A stretch of DNA of 64,000 nt from Promethearchaeota archaeon (GCA_048939625.1 JBHLPH010000006.1:28476-92475), one strand, 5' to 3'. Numbered from the stretch's first letter, positions 34,884 through 45,013 are shown. Notes: generated by a model from the sequence alone, not told the origin. Program-made: numbers and translations.

Positions 34884-35867
34884 ATGCTTATGTTGGTATT
34901 ATTAACTGGAGCCTTTGGAAATATCGGAGAAAGTACATTGTTAGCTCTGTTCGAACAGAACCATACGATACGATGCTTTGATTTGCCCACAAAAAGAAAC
35001 GAGCAAACCGCAAAGAGATTGCAAAAGTATGGCGAATTTGAAACTGTTTGGGGTGATATTCGAGATACTGAAACAACACAGAACATTGTCAAGGACATCG
35101 AGTGCATCATTCATTTAGCCGCCATCATTCCCCCTCAAAGCGAAAGGAACCCCGAGTTCACCACTGCCGTAAATGTAGGCGGAACAGTGAGTCTAATAGA
35201 AGCTGCCGAAGCCTTACCGGTCAAACCGAAATTCATCTTAGCCAGTTCAATCTCTGTATTTGGACCTACCATGCATCTCCCTCCACCACGAAACGCCGAC
35301 GATTCCCTGAACCCCACTGACACCTATACCACCACAAAAGTCAAATGCGAAACGGCTCTCCGAGCCAGTGCACTTCCCTGGACAATCCTCCGTCTAGTAG
35401 CTGTCCCCCCCTTACATATCGGTGGTGAAATGGATCCGATGTTATTCGAAATACCACTCGACCAACGCATCGAATTCGTCCATACCCGCGATGTTGGCAC
35501 TGCCTTTGCCAACGCGGTAACCACTGAGACCCTGAACAAAGTCTTACTCATCGGTGGCGGAAAATCCAGCCAAATGCTCCAACGCGATTTCATTACTAAA
35601 ATGCTCACTGCCATGGGAGTCGGCATGCTCCCCGAATCTGCCTTTCGTGTCGCCACAAAACCTGAAGACTGGTTCTACACCGACTGGGTAGATACTACTG
35701 AATCCCAACACCTCCTCCACTACCAAAACCACACCTACGAAGAATACATCGACGACCTCAAACACATGATCGGCTTCAAACGCCACCTCGCACGCCTTCT
35801 CCGAGGCCAAGCCCAAAAACGCCTCCTCGCCCAATCCCCCTACTACAAAGAACCGAAGAATCCCTAA
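34884..35867 (+). CDS. NAD-dependent epimerase/dehydratase (extended SDR)
   Basis: VLLTGAFGNIGES (GxxGxxG), YTTTK (YxxxK) and the length. Confidence 0.8.
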   Translation: MLMLVLLTGAFGNIGESTLLALFEQNHTIRCFDLPTKRNEQTAKRLQKYGEFETVWGDIRDTETTQNIVKDIECIIHLAAIIPPQSERNPEFTTAVNVGGTVSLIEAAEALPVKPKFILASSISVFGPTMHLPPPRNADDSLNPTDTYTTTKVKCETALRASALPWTILRLVAVPPLHIGGEMDPMLFEIPLDQRIEFVHTRDVGTAFANAVTTETLNKVLLIGGGKSSQMLQRDFITKMLTAMGVGMLPESAFRVATKPEDWFYTDWVDTTESQHLLHYQNHTYEEYIDDLKHMIGFKRHLARLLRGQAQKRLLAQSPYYKEPKNP

Positions 35868-36164
35868 GCTCTACTGACCTAATTAAAAAAATAAGAGAAG
35901 AAAGGAAGACGATGCCTCCCATGACAAAAATGTTAAGCAATGCTGCTGTTAGGTCCCTGTTCTTCTTCGGCGTAGAATGAAAACAACGACGACAAGGATG
36001 ACGATAACCGCTTTTACGCCTCCTGCAATCGCTATCACTTCAAGGAGGAGAGGTGGTGGTGTCACTCTACCCTTTTCACCAAGGTGAAAGCTGCTTGGTT
36101 ATCACGAGTCACTAAGCCTTAAGTATATAAAGTCCAAACTCAGATAGGCTCCTCGGTGCTTACA

Positions 36165-37187
36165 ATGAAAGCAGCAGTTTTTTATGGAGCTGGAAAACCC
36201 CTTAAAATTGAAGAGGTGCCAACACCAGAAGTTAGACCCAATGATGTTCTAATTAAAGTAGCAGCTTGTGGTGTATGCAGGACCGACTTACATTATCTGC
36301 ACGGAACTCCGACATTCAAAAAGCCCCCGTTAATCCTTGGACATGAGGCCTCAGGGACCATAATTGAAATGGGTTCAGCTGTTGAAAAGTGGACTAAAGG
36401 AGATCGCGTTCTAATTCCGGCTGTTCTAAGCTGTGGATTTTGCGATAATTGTCGTTTAGGGCGTGAAAATATATGTCAACGACAGGAAATGGTGGGAAAT
36501 AACATTGATGGCGCCTACGCTGAATACATCCGTGTTCCTGCCAAGGATGTGTTTCGTGTTCCCCAGTCTTTATCTTTGGAAGAAACGAGCATTGTTGCCG
36601 ATGCGATTTCTACCCCATATCATGCTGTAAAGAACCGTGGAGAAGTTCGACCAGGTGATTTAGTAGCTGTGTTTGGGTGTGGTGGTGTTGGCATCAATGT
36701 GGTCCAAATCGCTGCTGCAGCAGGGGGCATCGTTTATGCTGTCGATATTGATGATAAGAAATTAAAACTGGCTGAAAAACTCGGTGCGTCTGTGACTATT
36801 AACTCGAAGGAAGAAAATCCTGTCAAACAGATTCGGTCGATAACAAAGAAGCGTGGTGTCGATGTCTCCTTTGAGGCAATTGGTATTCCTGATGTGATGA
36901 GCCAGGCACTAGCGGTTGTGAGATGGGGTGGTCGAATGGTTGTTGTTGGATACGCTGAATCCGACTGGACTGTTTCAGCTTCGCGGATTATGTTCCGAGA
37001 AGTTGAAATCCGCGGTTCTCTTGGTTGTCGTCCTGTTGATTATCCTCCCCTTCTGCAGATGGTTGAAAATGGCACCATTCAGCTTAAACCAATAATTGAT
37101 AGCAAACGGCCACTTGAAGAAATCAATGAGGCATTCAAACTTCTTGAAGAAGGAAAGGTTTTGGGTCGGATTATCGTGATTCCCTAA
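36165..37187 (+). CDS. Zn-dependent alcohol dehydrogenase (MDR family)
   Basis: CGVCRTDLHYLHG, GHEASGTI, the structural-Zn cluster CGFCDNCRLGRENIC, and GCGGVG. Confidence 0.9.
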   Translation: MKAAVFYGAGKPLKIEEVPTPEVRPNDVLIKVAACGVCRTDLHYLHGTPTFKKPPLILGHEASGTIIEMGSAVEKWTKGDRVLIPAVLSCGFCDNCRLGRENICQRQEMVGNNIDGAYAEYIRVPAKDVFRVPQSLSLEETSIVADAISTPYHAVKNRGEVRPGDLVAVFGCGGVGINVVQIAAAAGGIVYAVDIDDKKLKLAEKLGASVTINSKEENPVKQIRSITKKRGVDVSFEAIGIPDVMSQALAVVRWGGRMVVVGYAESDWTVSASRIMFREVEIRGSLGCRPVDYPPLLQMVENGTIQLKPIIDSKRPLEEINEAFKLLEEGKVLGRIIVIP

Positions 37188-37202
37188 GACACTCTCGCGA
37201 GT

Positions 37203-37979
37203 CTATTTTCCTTTCCATTTAGGTTTCCGCTTCTCTAAGAACGCTTTGAGCCCCTCTGAAGCATCTTCTGTATTCTTTAATGAATCTAGGTAGATCTCAG
37301 TGGATTTTTCAACAGCTTGCATGAAGGTAAGAGGTAAGCTCTCGTAAATTGCCCGACGAACGTAGCGGAGCATAACTGGGCTATGCGCTTTGAGTTTAGT
37401 AATAAATTCATTGACTGTGGTCTCTAACTGGTCAGCAGGTACAGCGTAGTTGATGAGACCAATCTGCATAGCTTTTTCAGCTGAAATACTATCTCCAGAA
37501 TAAAGCAGTTCAAAGGTTCGTTTTTGACCAACCAAATGATGCATCGCCGCTGCGGCAATCGTGGGCACTGCACCAACTTGGATTTCCGGTTGACCAAACT
37601 TAGCTGAATCCGCTGCAAATACCACATCACAAGCGAAGGCTAGTTCACACCCTCCACCCAATGCGGATCCTTGAACTACAGTGATAACAGGTTTACCGAC
37701 ATCGATTAGGGCTTCAAAGACCTTGTTGAATGCTGCCAACGTTTTCGGTGCATGGTTCGGGAGGTGCTGTTCCACATCCACTCCGACTGAATAGAACCGA
37801 TCACCAGCTGTTTTCAACAGAATGAAATTGACATCTTCGTTGTTCTTCATCTCCTGAAGAGCCTTTTGAAGTTCTACAAGTGTTTTCTTATCAAGAATAT
37901 TCAGGGGCGGTCGATTCACCAAAATGGTCCCCACCCCATCAGACACTTCAATCCTGATATTAGAATAGCTAGAATTCAT
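37203..37979 (-). CDS. Enoyl-CoA hydratase/isomerase (crotonase)
   Basis: VNRPPLNILD, GSALGGGCELAFACD and FGQPEIQVG. ATG 37979 follows AAAGGAG. Confidence 0.9.
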   Translation of the reverse strand: MNSSYSNIRIEVSDGVGTILVNRPPLNILDKKTLVELQKALQEMKNNEDVNFILLKTAGDRFYSVGVDVEQHLPNHAPKTLAAFNKVFEALIDVGKPVITVVQGSALGGGCELAFACDVVFAADSAKFGQPEIQVGAVPTIAAAAMHHLVGQKRTFELLYSGDSISAEKAMQIGLINYAVPADQLETTVNEFITKLKAHSPVMLRYVRRAIYESLPLTFMQAVEKSTEIYLDSLKNTEDASEGLKAFLEKRKPKWKGK

Positions 37980-38083
37980 GGTGTTTCTCCTTTCACGCCT
38001 GAGTTCATCAGTGTCTGCAATATGACAAGAAAGAGACTTAAGTCTATTCAATCCCTATTAGTTAATCAGGTTGGCTGAGAACA

Positions 38084-39376
38084 ATGTTGCTTGACGAATT
38101 AGAGAAAGATGGCTTAATTATAAACTTTAACAAGGTTCCTCAAACAAAACCCAAGCATCTGCCCAAAAAAGTTCTTATCTGGGATGAAACTCTCCGAGAT
38201 GGTGAACAAACACCGGGAACAAGCCTTTTGATTGATGAAAAAATCGAAATTGCCAAGCTAATGGATGAAATGGGAATCCCTATTATCGCCGCCGGTTTTC
38301 CAGCAGTTTCAAAAGATGAGCAAGAGGTCGTTCGAAAACTTGCTGCAGAGGGCTTCAAACAAGCCAAACTTTGTGCTCCAGCTCGTGCAATCAAATCAGA
38401 TATCGATATTGCCATTCAATCTGGAGCAGAAGAAGTTCCTATCTTCATTGCATTCAGTAATCTCCACTTGAAATACAAATTAAAAAAAACCCCAGAAGAG
38501 GTTCTCAACATCGTAACAGAATCTATTGAATATGCAAAAAAACATGGAGTCATTGTCGACTTTGTTAGCGAAGACACTTCGCGTACTAGCATTGATAACA
38601 CAGTAAAGATTTTTAAAACTGCAGTAGAGGCTGGTGCTGACCGCGTTGTAATTACCGATACTGTGGGCTTCCTTAGACCTGAATCGATGAGATATTTGAT
38701 CTCCCAAATCAGGGACCGCCTCTATGAAGAGGTTAAACGGAACATTCCCCTCTCAATTCATAACCACAATGACTTTGGATTGGCTACCGCCAACACACTA
38801 GCTGCAATCGAAGAAGGCGTCACTATTCCCCACGTCTGTGTAGCAGGGTTTGGAGAACGTGCAGGCAACGCTCCTCTCGAGGAAGTCGTCATGGCATTAG
38901 AATTCCTCTATGGCGTGCAAACAGGCATCAAAACCGAAAAAATTCAAGAACTTGCTGATTTAGTTGCGCAATCGTTTGCTATCCTTCTTCCTGTTCATAA
39001 AGCAATCACTGGCGAAAACGCTTTTTCACATGAAGCTGGCATCCATGTTCATGGCATCCTCGCTCACCGGCTCACATATGAGCCTATCCCCGCTGAAACG
39101 GTTGGACGCAAAACTGATTTTTACATGGGCAAACATACTGGGAGCCAGATTGTGAAAAAGAAACTCAAAGAGAAACATATCAAAGCAACCGATGAGCAGA
39201 TTAATCAAATTGTTTCCCGAGTTAAAGAAACACACAAACTTCGAGACAAAGTCGAAATGCTTCGACAAGTACATAAAGCTGCAGAACTTCTCCGGGAAAC
39301 CCGTCTGGGTTTGAAAGAAGACGAATTCTGGGATATCGTAAAAACGATTACTGGGAAAAATCCAAGAAGCAATTAA
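38084..39376 (+). CDS. 2-isopropylmalate / homocitrate / citramalate synthase family protein, short form without a LeuA-type regulatory domain
   Basis: IWDETLRDGEQTPG and HNHNDFGLATANTLAAIEEG. Confidence 0.85.
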   Translation: MLLDELEKDGLIINFNKVPQTKPKHLPKKVLIWDETLRDGEQTPGTSLLIDEKIEIAKLMDEMGIPIIAAGFPAVSKDEQEVVRKLAAEGFKQAKLCAPARAIKSDIDIAIQSGAEEVPIFIAFSNLHLKYKLKKTPEEVLNIVTESIEYAKKHGVIVDFVSEDTSRTSIDNTVKIFKTAVEAGADRVVITDTVGFLRPESMRYLISQIRDRLYEEVKRNIPLSIHNHNDFGLATANTLAAIEEGVTIPHVCVAGFGERAGNAPLEEVVMALEFLYGVQTGIKTEKIQELADLVAQSFAILLPVHKAITGENAFSHEAGIHVHGILAHRLTYEPIPAETVGRKTDFYMGKHTGSQIVKKKLKEKHIKATDEQINQIVSRVKETHKLRDKVEMLRQVHKAAELLRETRLGLKEDEFWDIVKTITGKNPRSN

Positions 39377-39417
39377 TCACAAATATCGTAGGTAAAGTAA
39401 AGAAACTCTCGAAAAAG

Positions 39418-40062
39418 GTGAATGAAATCCCATCAAAAAGAGAGAAACTCACCGGTGAGGCAGTCAAAAGCGTTGCGAATTTAATGGCAGCTGCTGCAAC
39501 AACGGCACCCAAATCAAAAGGGTTCGATGATCTTACCATTGAAATTGTATCTGGAGTAACAATCGAACAAATAGCAAAAGAAATCCAAAAAATGCGACAA
39601 GAAGATCTCACAAGCCAAACATTTTGGTTTCTGGAACCTGACGCTGAAGCCGTTTTAGAAAGTGCTGCTATCTTCCTAATTGGTATTCGGGCTAGGCGTC
39701 CTCCACTAACCCTGGATTGCCAAGCCTGTGGCTTCGAAACCTGCGCTGATTATGAAGAAGCCATTCGTCAAAACAAAACCACTGCTCTCTGTGCCTTTAA
39801 AATCCTAGATTTAGGCATCGCTCTCTCTTCTGCAATAACAGTAGCAGCCCAACACTTCATAGATAACCGGATGATGTGGTCCGTTGGGATGGCTGCACAA
39901 CGATTAGATCTAATAAAAGGCGACTTAGTCCTTGGAATTCCCTTAGCTGCAAAGGGTAGTAATCCCTTCTTTGATCGTTACCTGCGATTTTTCCTTCAAC
40001 GCGCCCGAGACCAAGGAAAAAATCTCACTCAAGTGCTTCGTGATCAAGGATTCAATGTTTAG
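39418..40062 (+). CDS. DUF2148 (ferredoxin-domain-containing) protein
   Basis: MAAAATTAPKSKGFDDL and LDCQACGFETCADY are typical of DUF2148 as I recall it. GTG start. Confidence 0.7.
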   Translation: MNEIPSKREKLTGEAVKSVANLMAAAATTAPKSKGFDDLTIEIVSGVTIEQIAKEIQKMRQEDLTSQTFWFLEPDAEAVLESAAIFLIGIRARRPPLTLDCQACGFETCADYEEAIRQNKTTALCAFKILDLGIALSSAITVAAQHFIDNRMMWSVGMAAQRLDLIKGDLVLGIPLAAKGSNPFFDRYLRFFLQRARDQGKNLTQVLRDQGFNV

Positions 40063-40394
40063 AGCGAGCGGTCCCAAGATTCATCAAAGTTAGAATTTGT
40101 AACCAGCTGCTTAAGCATTCGAGAAATTCGACGACCTAGGACCGTTGCTGTAATAACACGTGCATCATCTTCTGAATGTTTGACTAGCTCGTTCTTCTCA
40201 AGCAACGAGACATGATGGGTTATCACAGCTGGTGAATCACCACCTGCCTGAGGCTGTAAAGATTTCAAATATTGTCGTAGCGCTTTATTCGTACCAAAAT
40301 CACGATCAGATAAGAATTCTAATATTGCCACACGTGAAGGGTGAGTAATCGCTGAAAGTAAACCTCGAACCCTTTCAGAATACCAATTTGTCAT
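40059..40394 (-). CDS. ArsR-like winged-helix transcriptional regulator
   Basis: SAITHPSRVAILEFLSD...ITHHVSLLEKNELV. Confidence 0.7.
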   Translation of the reverse strand: MTNWYSERVRGLLSAITHPSRVAILEFLSDRDFGTNKALRQYLKSLQPQAGGDSPAVITHHVSLLEKNELVKHSEDDARVITATVLGRRISRMLKQLVTNSNFDESWDRSL

Positions 40395-40561
40395 TAGATG
40401 AACTCCCTAATTATTTTGTGCATACATATAGCAGTTCTTTCCATTGAAGTTAAATGATATACCATCATTATAAAACATTTTTGCAAAAACTCTTAAGGAA
40501 ATTATTCCCAGTACCGACCGAAGAAAAAACTCCTATCCAGTGCTTTGGCAGGAAGATCCCT

Positions 40562-41686
40562 ATGTTTGATAAATTCAAAGAGTGGTACGAAAACCGTCAC
40601 GACTATGCAAAGGCATGGAAAAAACAAACGGGCGGAAAAGTACTCGGTTATTTTTGCACTTATGTTCCAGAAGAGCTCATTATTGCAGCCGATATCCTTC
40701 CCGTTCGCATTTTAGGTAGCCACGAGGCACAAGATGTAACCGAGCCCCATATCTTTGGAATGTTTTGTCCCTTTTGCCGTGACTGTTTAGCTCAAGGTTT
40801 GAAAGGTCGATTTGATTACCTCAATGGCATCATGATTGCTCAATCGTGTCTTCATATACGCCAAACGTACAATAGCTGGGTCAAACACGTTCCACAAGAG
40901 TTCAGCTATTACATGTATATGCCCCATGGAATCCAAACCCCCCATGCCTATCCTTATTTGCGGGGTGAATTGGAAGAAGTCAAGAAAGCTTTGGAAAAAT
41001 GGATAGGACGCTCCATTTCAGACAAAGACATAGATCGGGGCATTGAGGTGATGAACAAAAATCGACAATTAATGAAACAAATCTATGAGTTTCGGAAACA
41101 GGACAATCCACCGCTGACCGGGCTCGAAGCGATGTACATGGTTGTTTCCAGTCAAATGGTCGATAAAGAGGAGCACAATCAAGCACTAGAAGCCGTGCTC
41201 AAAGAACTACCCAATCGAAAACTTGACAGAAACACAGGAACCCGCCTTATGATTATCGGTAGTGAAGACGACGATACAGAATTCGTGAAAATGGTTGAGT
41301 CGTTAGATTCTACACTGGTCGTTGATGAACACTGTACAGGCACCCGATACTTCTGGAACAAGGTTGAACCCCAAGAAGATCGATTAGCTGCCTTAGCTAT
41401 ACGATACATTGATCGACCTCCTTGTCCCAGTAAGGATTGGCCTGATCGAAGACGATTCCCACACATTTTGCAAATGGCTAAAGATTACAACGTTCAGGGA
41501 GCTCTTGTTATTCAACAGAAATTCTGTGATCCCCATGAATTAGACATGCCATCATTGAGAGCAATGCTCGAAGAAAATGGTATTCCAACCTATTTCTTAG
41601 AATTTGATGTAACCGTGCCAATTGGACAGTTTAAGACACGCGTTGAAGCGTTTCTGGAAACGTTTGCACTCCCCGATCTGTTTTAG
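40562..41686 (+). CDS. Benzoyl-CoA reductase / 2-hydroxyacyl-CoA dehydratase family subunit (BcrC/BadD/BzdN-like)
   Basis: WKKQTGGKVLGYFCTYVPEELIIAADILPVRILGS and CDPH near the C-terminus. ATG 40562 is preferred over 40454. Confidence 0.8.
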   Translation: MFDKFKEWYENRHDYAKAWKKQTGGKVLGYFCTYVPEELIIAADILPVRILGSHEAQDVTEPHIFGMFCPFCRDCLAQGLKGRFDYLNGIMIAQSCLHIRQTYNSWVKHVPQEFSYYMYMPHGIQTPHAYPYLRGELEEVKKALEKWIGRSISDKDIDRGIEVMNKNRQLMKQIYEFRKQDNPPLTGLEAMYMVVSSQMVDKEEHNQALEAVLKELPNRKLDRNTGTRLMIIGSEDDDTEFVKMVESLDSTLVVDEHCTGTRYFWNKVEPQEDRLAALAIRYIDRPPCPSKDWPDRRRFPHILQMAKDYNVQGALVIQQKFCDPHELDMPSLRAMLEENGIPTYFLEFDVTVPIGQFKTRVEAFLETFALPDLF

Positions 41687-42994
41687 GTGATGAAAATGAC
41701 TGAGAATAAATATCAAACGAAACCTTTGGATATCTGGAATGAAGGGAAAGCTCTACGACAGCAATACTATGAGAATTATGCAAAAGCTCATGAAAAAAGG
41801 GGAATCCGGTGGGCAGGTGGGGCCTGGGCTTATAGTGCGGTTCCCGCTGGTCTAGGTGACGATGTGTGGAGCCTCACTGGTGAACCATATGGGGCATCAG
41901 TTGCGTTCAACAAAGAATTCGCAGCTAAATGCCAAGAAGCGATAGAAGCGAAAGGATTTGCTCGAGATTTATGTGCGTATTTGAGAAATTATCTTGGTTC
42001 AGTTGTATTAGATAAATACGTTTTCGGTGGCAAATTTCCCAAACCAGATTTCATGTGGACAACTCATATTTGTTGTAGTCACGCGAAATGGTACCAAATC
42101 GCTAGCGACCTAGAAGGCGGTATACCCTTCTTCTGCATTGATGTAAGCACAGGATTATTTCAGGATTTCAACGAACGGCGTCGAGAGTACGTGGTTAATC
42201 AATTGCTGGATGGCATCGATTGGCTCGAAAAGACCACTGGTCGAGACTATGATGATGAAAAACTAATCCAAGCAGTCTACAACGAATGTGAGGCAACCGC
42301 TCTTTGGGCAGAGATTTGCGTATTGAACAAAACCATTCCAGCACCTCTCGATGAGAAGACAATGTATTCACTCTATGTGTTTGGAACCATTATGAAACAT
42401 CGCCCCGAAGTTGTTGCATTCTATAAAAAGCTTCGTGACGAAGTTCAAGATCGAGTCGATAACAAAATCGCAGCAGTAGGTAATGAACAACGCCGGGTCA
42501 TTACGGACACCCAACCCCCTTGGGGCTTCCTCGAGGTTTTTCGATACCTTGAATCATATGGTGTGGTGTCAGTAGGATCGCTTTACACTTTTGCATTGAT
42601 TGGGGCATGGGAAGTGAAAGACGATGGAACTTGGGGCCCCAGAACAACCCCTCAGGAGCAAGGAATTGACATTACAACCAGAAAGCAAGCACTTGAGGTT
42701 TTAGCTGATTGGACCCATTCTCGACCTGAATGGCAGCATTTCTATTCCGCCCATGAAAAAAGCGACATGATGCTCCGCATTGTACGAGAATGGAACGTTG
42801 ATGGCGTTATGTTGCATTACAATCGTGGATGTGAAGGTTTATCATTGAATATCGCAGAGAACCGCCTCGCTTTCAAAGAAGCAGGCATCCCTGTTCTTCC
42901 CTTCGAAGGTAACATGGGTGATGAACGAGAGTTCGACTTAGAACGCACCAAGAAGGCCGTGGATTCCTTCTTGGAATTATTAGGAGTCAAATAG
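41687..42994 (+). CDS. Benzoyl-CoA reductase / 2-hydroxyacyl-CoA dehydratase family subunit (BcrB/BadE/BzdO-like)
   Basis: The 435 aa is paralogous in architecture to the preceding subunit. The stop of the upstream gene abuts its start. Confidence 0.8.
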   Translation: MMKMTENKYQTKPLDIWNEGKALRQQYYENYAKAHEKRGIRWAGGAWAYSAVPAGLGDDVWSLTGEPYGASVAFNKEFAAKCQEAIEAKGFARDLCAYLRNYLGSVVLDKYVFGGKFPKPDFMWTTHICCSHAKWYQIASDLEGGIPFFCIDVSTGLFQDFNERRREYVVNQLLDGIDWLEKTTGRDYDDEKLIQAVYNECEATALWAEICVLNKTIPAPLDEKTMYSLYVFGTIMKHRPEVVAFYKKLRDEVQDRVDNKIAAVGNEQRRVITDTQPPWGFLEVFRYLESYGVVSVGSLYTFALIGAWEVKDDGTWGPRTTPQEQGIDITTRKQALEVLADWTHSRPEWQHFYSAHEKSDMMLRIVREWNVDGVMLHYNRGCEGLSLNIAENRLAFKEAGIPVLPFEGNMGDEREFDLERTKKAVDSFLELLGVK

Positions 42995-43007
42995 GAGGTA
43001 GACAAAA

Positions 43008-43784
43008 ATGATTACTGCAGGAATTGACTTTGGCGCAAAGAACGTGAAAGTCGTCATCCTCAATGATGGTAAGATAGTTGGAAAGGGAACTGCACTAACA
43101 GGCTTTGATTTGAAAATTGCAGCTAAAGATGCCTCAGAGATGGCTCTCAAGGCAGCAGGATTAAAACTCGAAGACATTGCACACATCACAGAAACCGGAA
43201 TTGGTCAAGGATCAGTTGAGTTTGCTAAGGATAGTATCAGCGAAGTCGGAGCAAATGCAAAAGCAGGCATCAAATTGTTATCATCAGCCCGGACCATTAT
43301 TGATGTAGGAGCAGAGGAAGCTCGGGCAGTCAAATGTAATGAATCCGGTGCTATGGAAGACTTTGTCGTGAATGAACGATGTGCTGCGGGAGCAGGTGCA
43401 TTCGTTGAAGCTATGTCACGTGCACTCGAAGTTGAACTAGAGAAAATAGGTCCAATGTCTTTAGAAGCCACTGAAGCAGTTCCTATGAATGCTCAATGTA
43501 CTGTTTTCGCTGAATCAGAGGTGGTATCATTAATTCATGCTAAGACACCAAAGGCGAACATCGCCCGTGCAATACACGATGCGATTGCTGAACGCGTAGT
43601 CTCGATGGTGCGAAGGTTGGGGATAACAGAAGACGTCCTCTTGGTTGGAGGATTAGCCTATGATGTTGGCTTCGTCGATTCAATGAAACGAGGATTAGGC
43701 ACGGAGGTTCACGTACCCGAGTCTCCCGAATATGTGAGTGCCTATGGCGCTGCCCTAGTGGCCCAAGAAAGAGCAAAGAAGTGA
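43008..43784 (+). CDS. BadF/BadG/BcrA/BcrD-type ATPase (electron-activating subunit 1)
   Basis: ITAGIDFGAKNVKVVI is an acetate/sugar-kinase fold phosphate-1 motif. The cluster-bridging Cys contexts are NERCAAGAGAF and NAQCTVFAESEV. Confidence 0.85.
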   Translation: MITAGIDFGAKNVKVVILNDGKIVGKGTALTGFDLKIAAKDASEMALKAAGLKLEDIAHITETGIGQGSVEFAKDSISEVGANAKAGIKLLSSARTIIDVGAEEARAVKCNESGAMEDFVVNERCAAGAGAFVEAMSRALEVELEKIGPMSLEATEAVPMNAQCTVFAESEVVSLIHAKTPKANIARAIHDAIAERVVSMVRRLGITEDVLLVGGLAYDVGFVDSMKRGLGTEVHVPESPEYVSAYGAALVAQERAKK

Positions 43785-44680
43785 TGAAAATGACAAAAAA
43801 GGAATTTTGGAGATGGCCTGAATATCGTCATACCGTTGAGGGCATCGACCCTAAGAAAGGGAAGGTGATTAGTGGAGGAGTTGATATTGGGTCTGTTAGT
43901 TCAAAGACGGTGATCATGGTTGATGGAGAAGTCTTTGCACAAAGCGTCATGCGAACCGGGTCCAGTAGTCCTGATAGTGCTGAACGGACGATGAACTGGG
44001 CTCTGGAGGATACCGGACTTACCCTCAAAGACGTTCAATATGTTGTGGGAACGGGTTATGGTCGGGTCAATATTCCCTTTGCACAAAAAGCCATAACAGA
44101 AATCGCATGCCATGGACGAGGAGCAACCTTCATGTGGGGACCCACGGTCCGAACTGTTCTGGATATGGGAGGTCAGGATTGCAAAGCCATTCGCGTTGAT
44201 GAAAAAGGAAAGGTTCAAAACTTTCTCATGAATGATAAATGCGCAGCAGGAACTGGTCGCGGCATGGAAGTATTTGCTGATTTATTATCGGTTCCCATTC
44301 AAGAAGTCGGAGATCGGTCCTTTGCGGTAAAAGAAGAACCCCAATCCGTGAGTAGCACTTGTGTAGTATTTGCCAAGTCAGAAGCTGTTGGACTGCTTCG
44401 CAGTGGATGGTCTAAAGACGAGGTTCTCGCCGCTTATTGCCAAGCCATGGCTCATCGAGTTGTTGACCTGCTAAATCGAGTAGGCGTTGAGAAAGAATTT
44501 GTCATTACTGGTGGGATTGCCAAAAATATCGGAATAGTTAAACGCGTTGAAAAAGAGCTAGGAATTCAAGCTCTCAAACCAGACCAATGGCGCGATGACC
44601 CACGATTTGACCCTATGCTAGCAGGGGCTGCAGGAGCAGCGCTATTTGCCAGAGTACTCTATGAACGCTCCCAAGGGTAA
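43781..44680 (+). CDS. BadF/BadG/BcrA/BcrD-type ATPase (electron-activating subunit 2)
   Basis: GGVDIGSVSSKTVIM, NDKCAAGTGRGME and SSTCVVFAKSEA. It overlaps the upstream stop by 4 nt. Confidence 0.85.
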   Translation: MMKMTKKEFWRWPEYRHTVEGIDPKKGKVISGGVDIGSVSSKTVIMVDGEVFAQSVMRTGSSSPDSAERTMNWALEDTGLTLKDVQYVVGTGYGRVNIPFAQKAITEIACHGRGATFMWGPTVRTVLDMGGQDCKAIRVDEKGKVQNFLMNDKCAAGTGRGMEVFADLLSVPIQEVGDRSFAVKEEPQSVSSTCVVFAKSEAVGLLRSGWSKDEVLAAYCQAMAHRVVDLLNRVGVEKEFVITGGIAKNIGIVKRVEKELGIQALKPDQWRDDPRFDPMLAGAAGAALFARVLYERSQG

Positions 44681-44695
44681 AGCTAGATCATCTAG

Positions 44696-45013
44696 GTGAA
44701 AGTGTTGATTGCAAATTACGGGTATAAGGATGGTTCCGGGGAATATTTCATAACGCTGGATACGGACAAATGTGATGGGTGCGGGAAATGCGTGGATATT
44801 TGTCCCGAATTTGTACTAGAAGTAATTCCAAACGAGTTTGATATCGAAGATGGCAACATTATGGGTGTCCGAGAGGAACATCGACACAAACTCAAATACA
44901 GTTGTGCCCCATGTAAATCAACAAGCGCAGACGTCCAACCACCTTGTGCTAATGTTTGCCCAACCCAAGCAATCACTCATTTCCTTAGTAACGCAAAAGG
45001 ACAGGTCCTCTAG
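44696..45013 (+). CDS. Ferredoxin-like 2x[4Fe-4S] protein, candidate electron donor of the reductase
   Basis: CDGCGKCVDICP plus CAPC....CANVCP. GTG start. Confidence 0.65.
   Translation: MKVLIANYGYKDGSGEYFITLDTDKCDGCGKCVDICPEFVLEVIPNEFDIEDGNIMGVREEHRHKLKYSCAPCKSTSADVQPPCANVCPTQAITHFLSNAKGQVL

Noticed and set aside
35324-35834. Antisense ORFs 35324-35656 and 35544-35834 within the epimerase gene
   Set aside because: They lie opposite a well-supported SDR coding frame (GxxGxxG, YxxxK), and their composition is typical of antisense frames.
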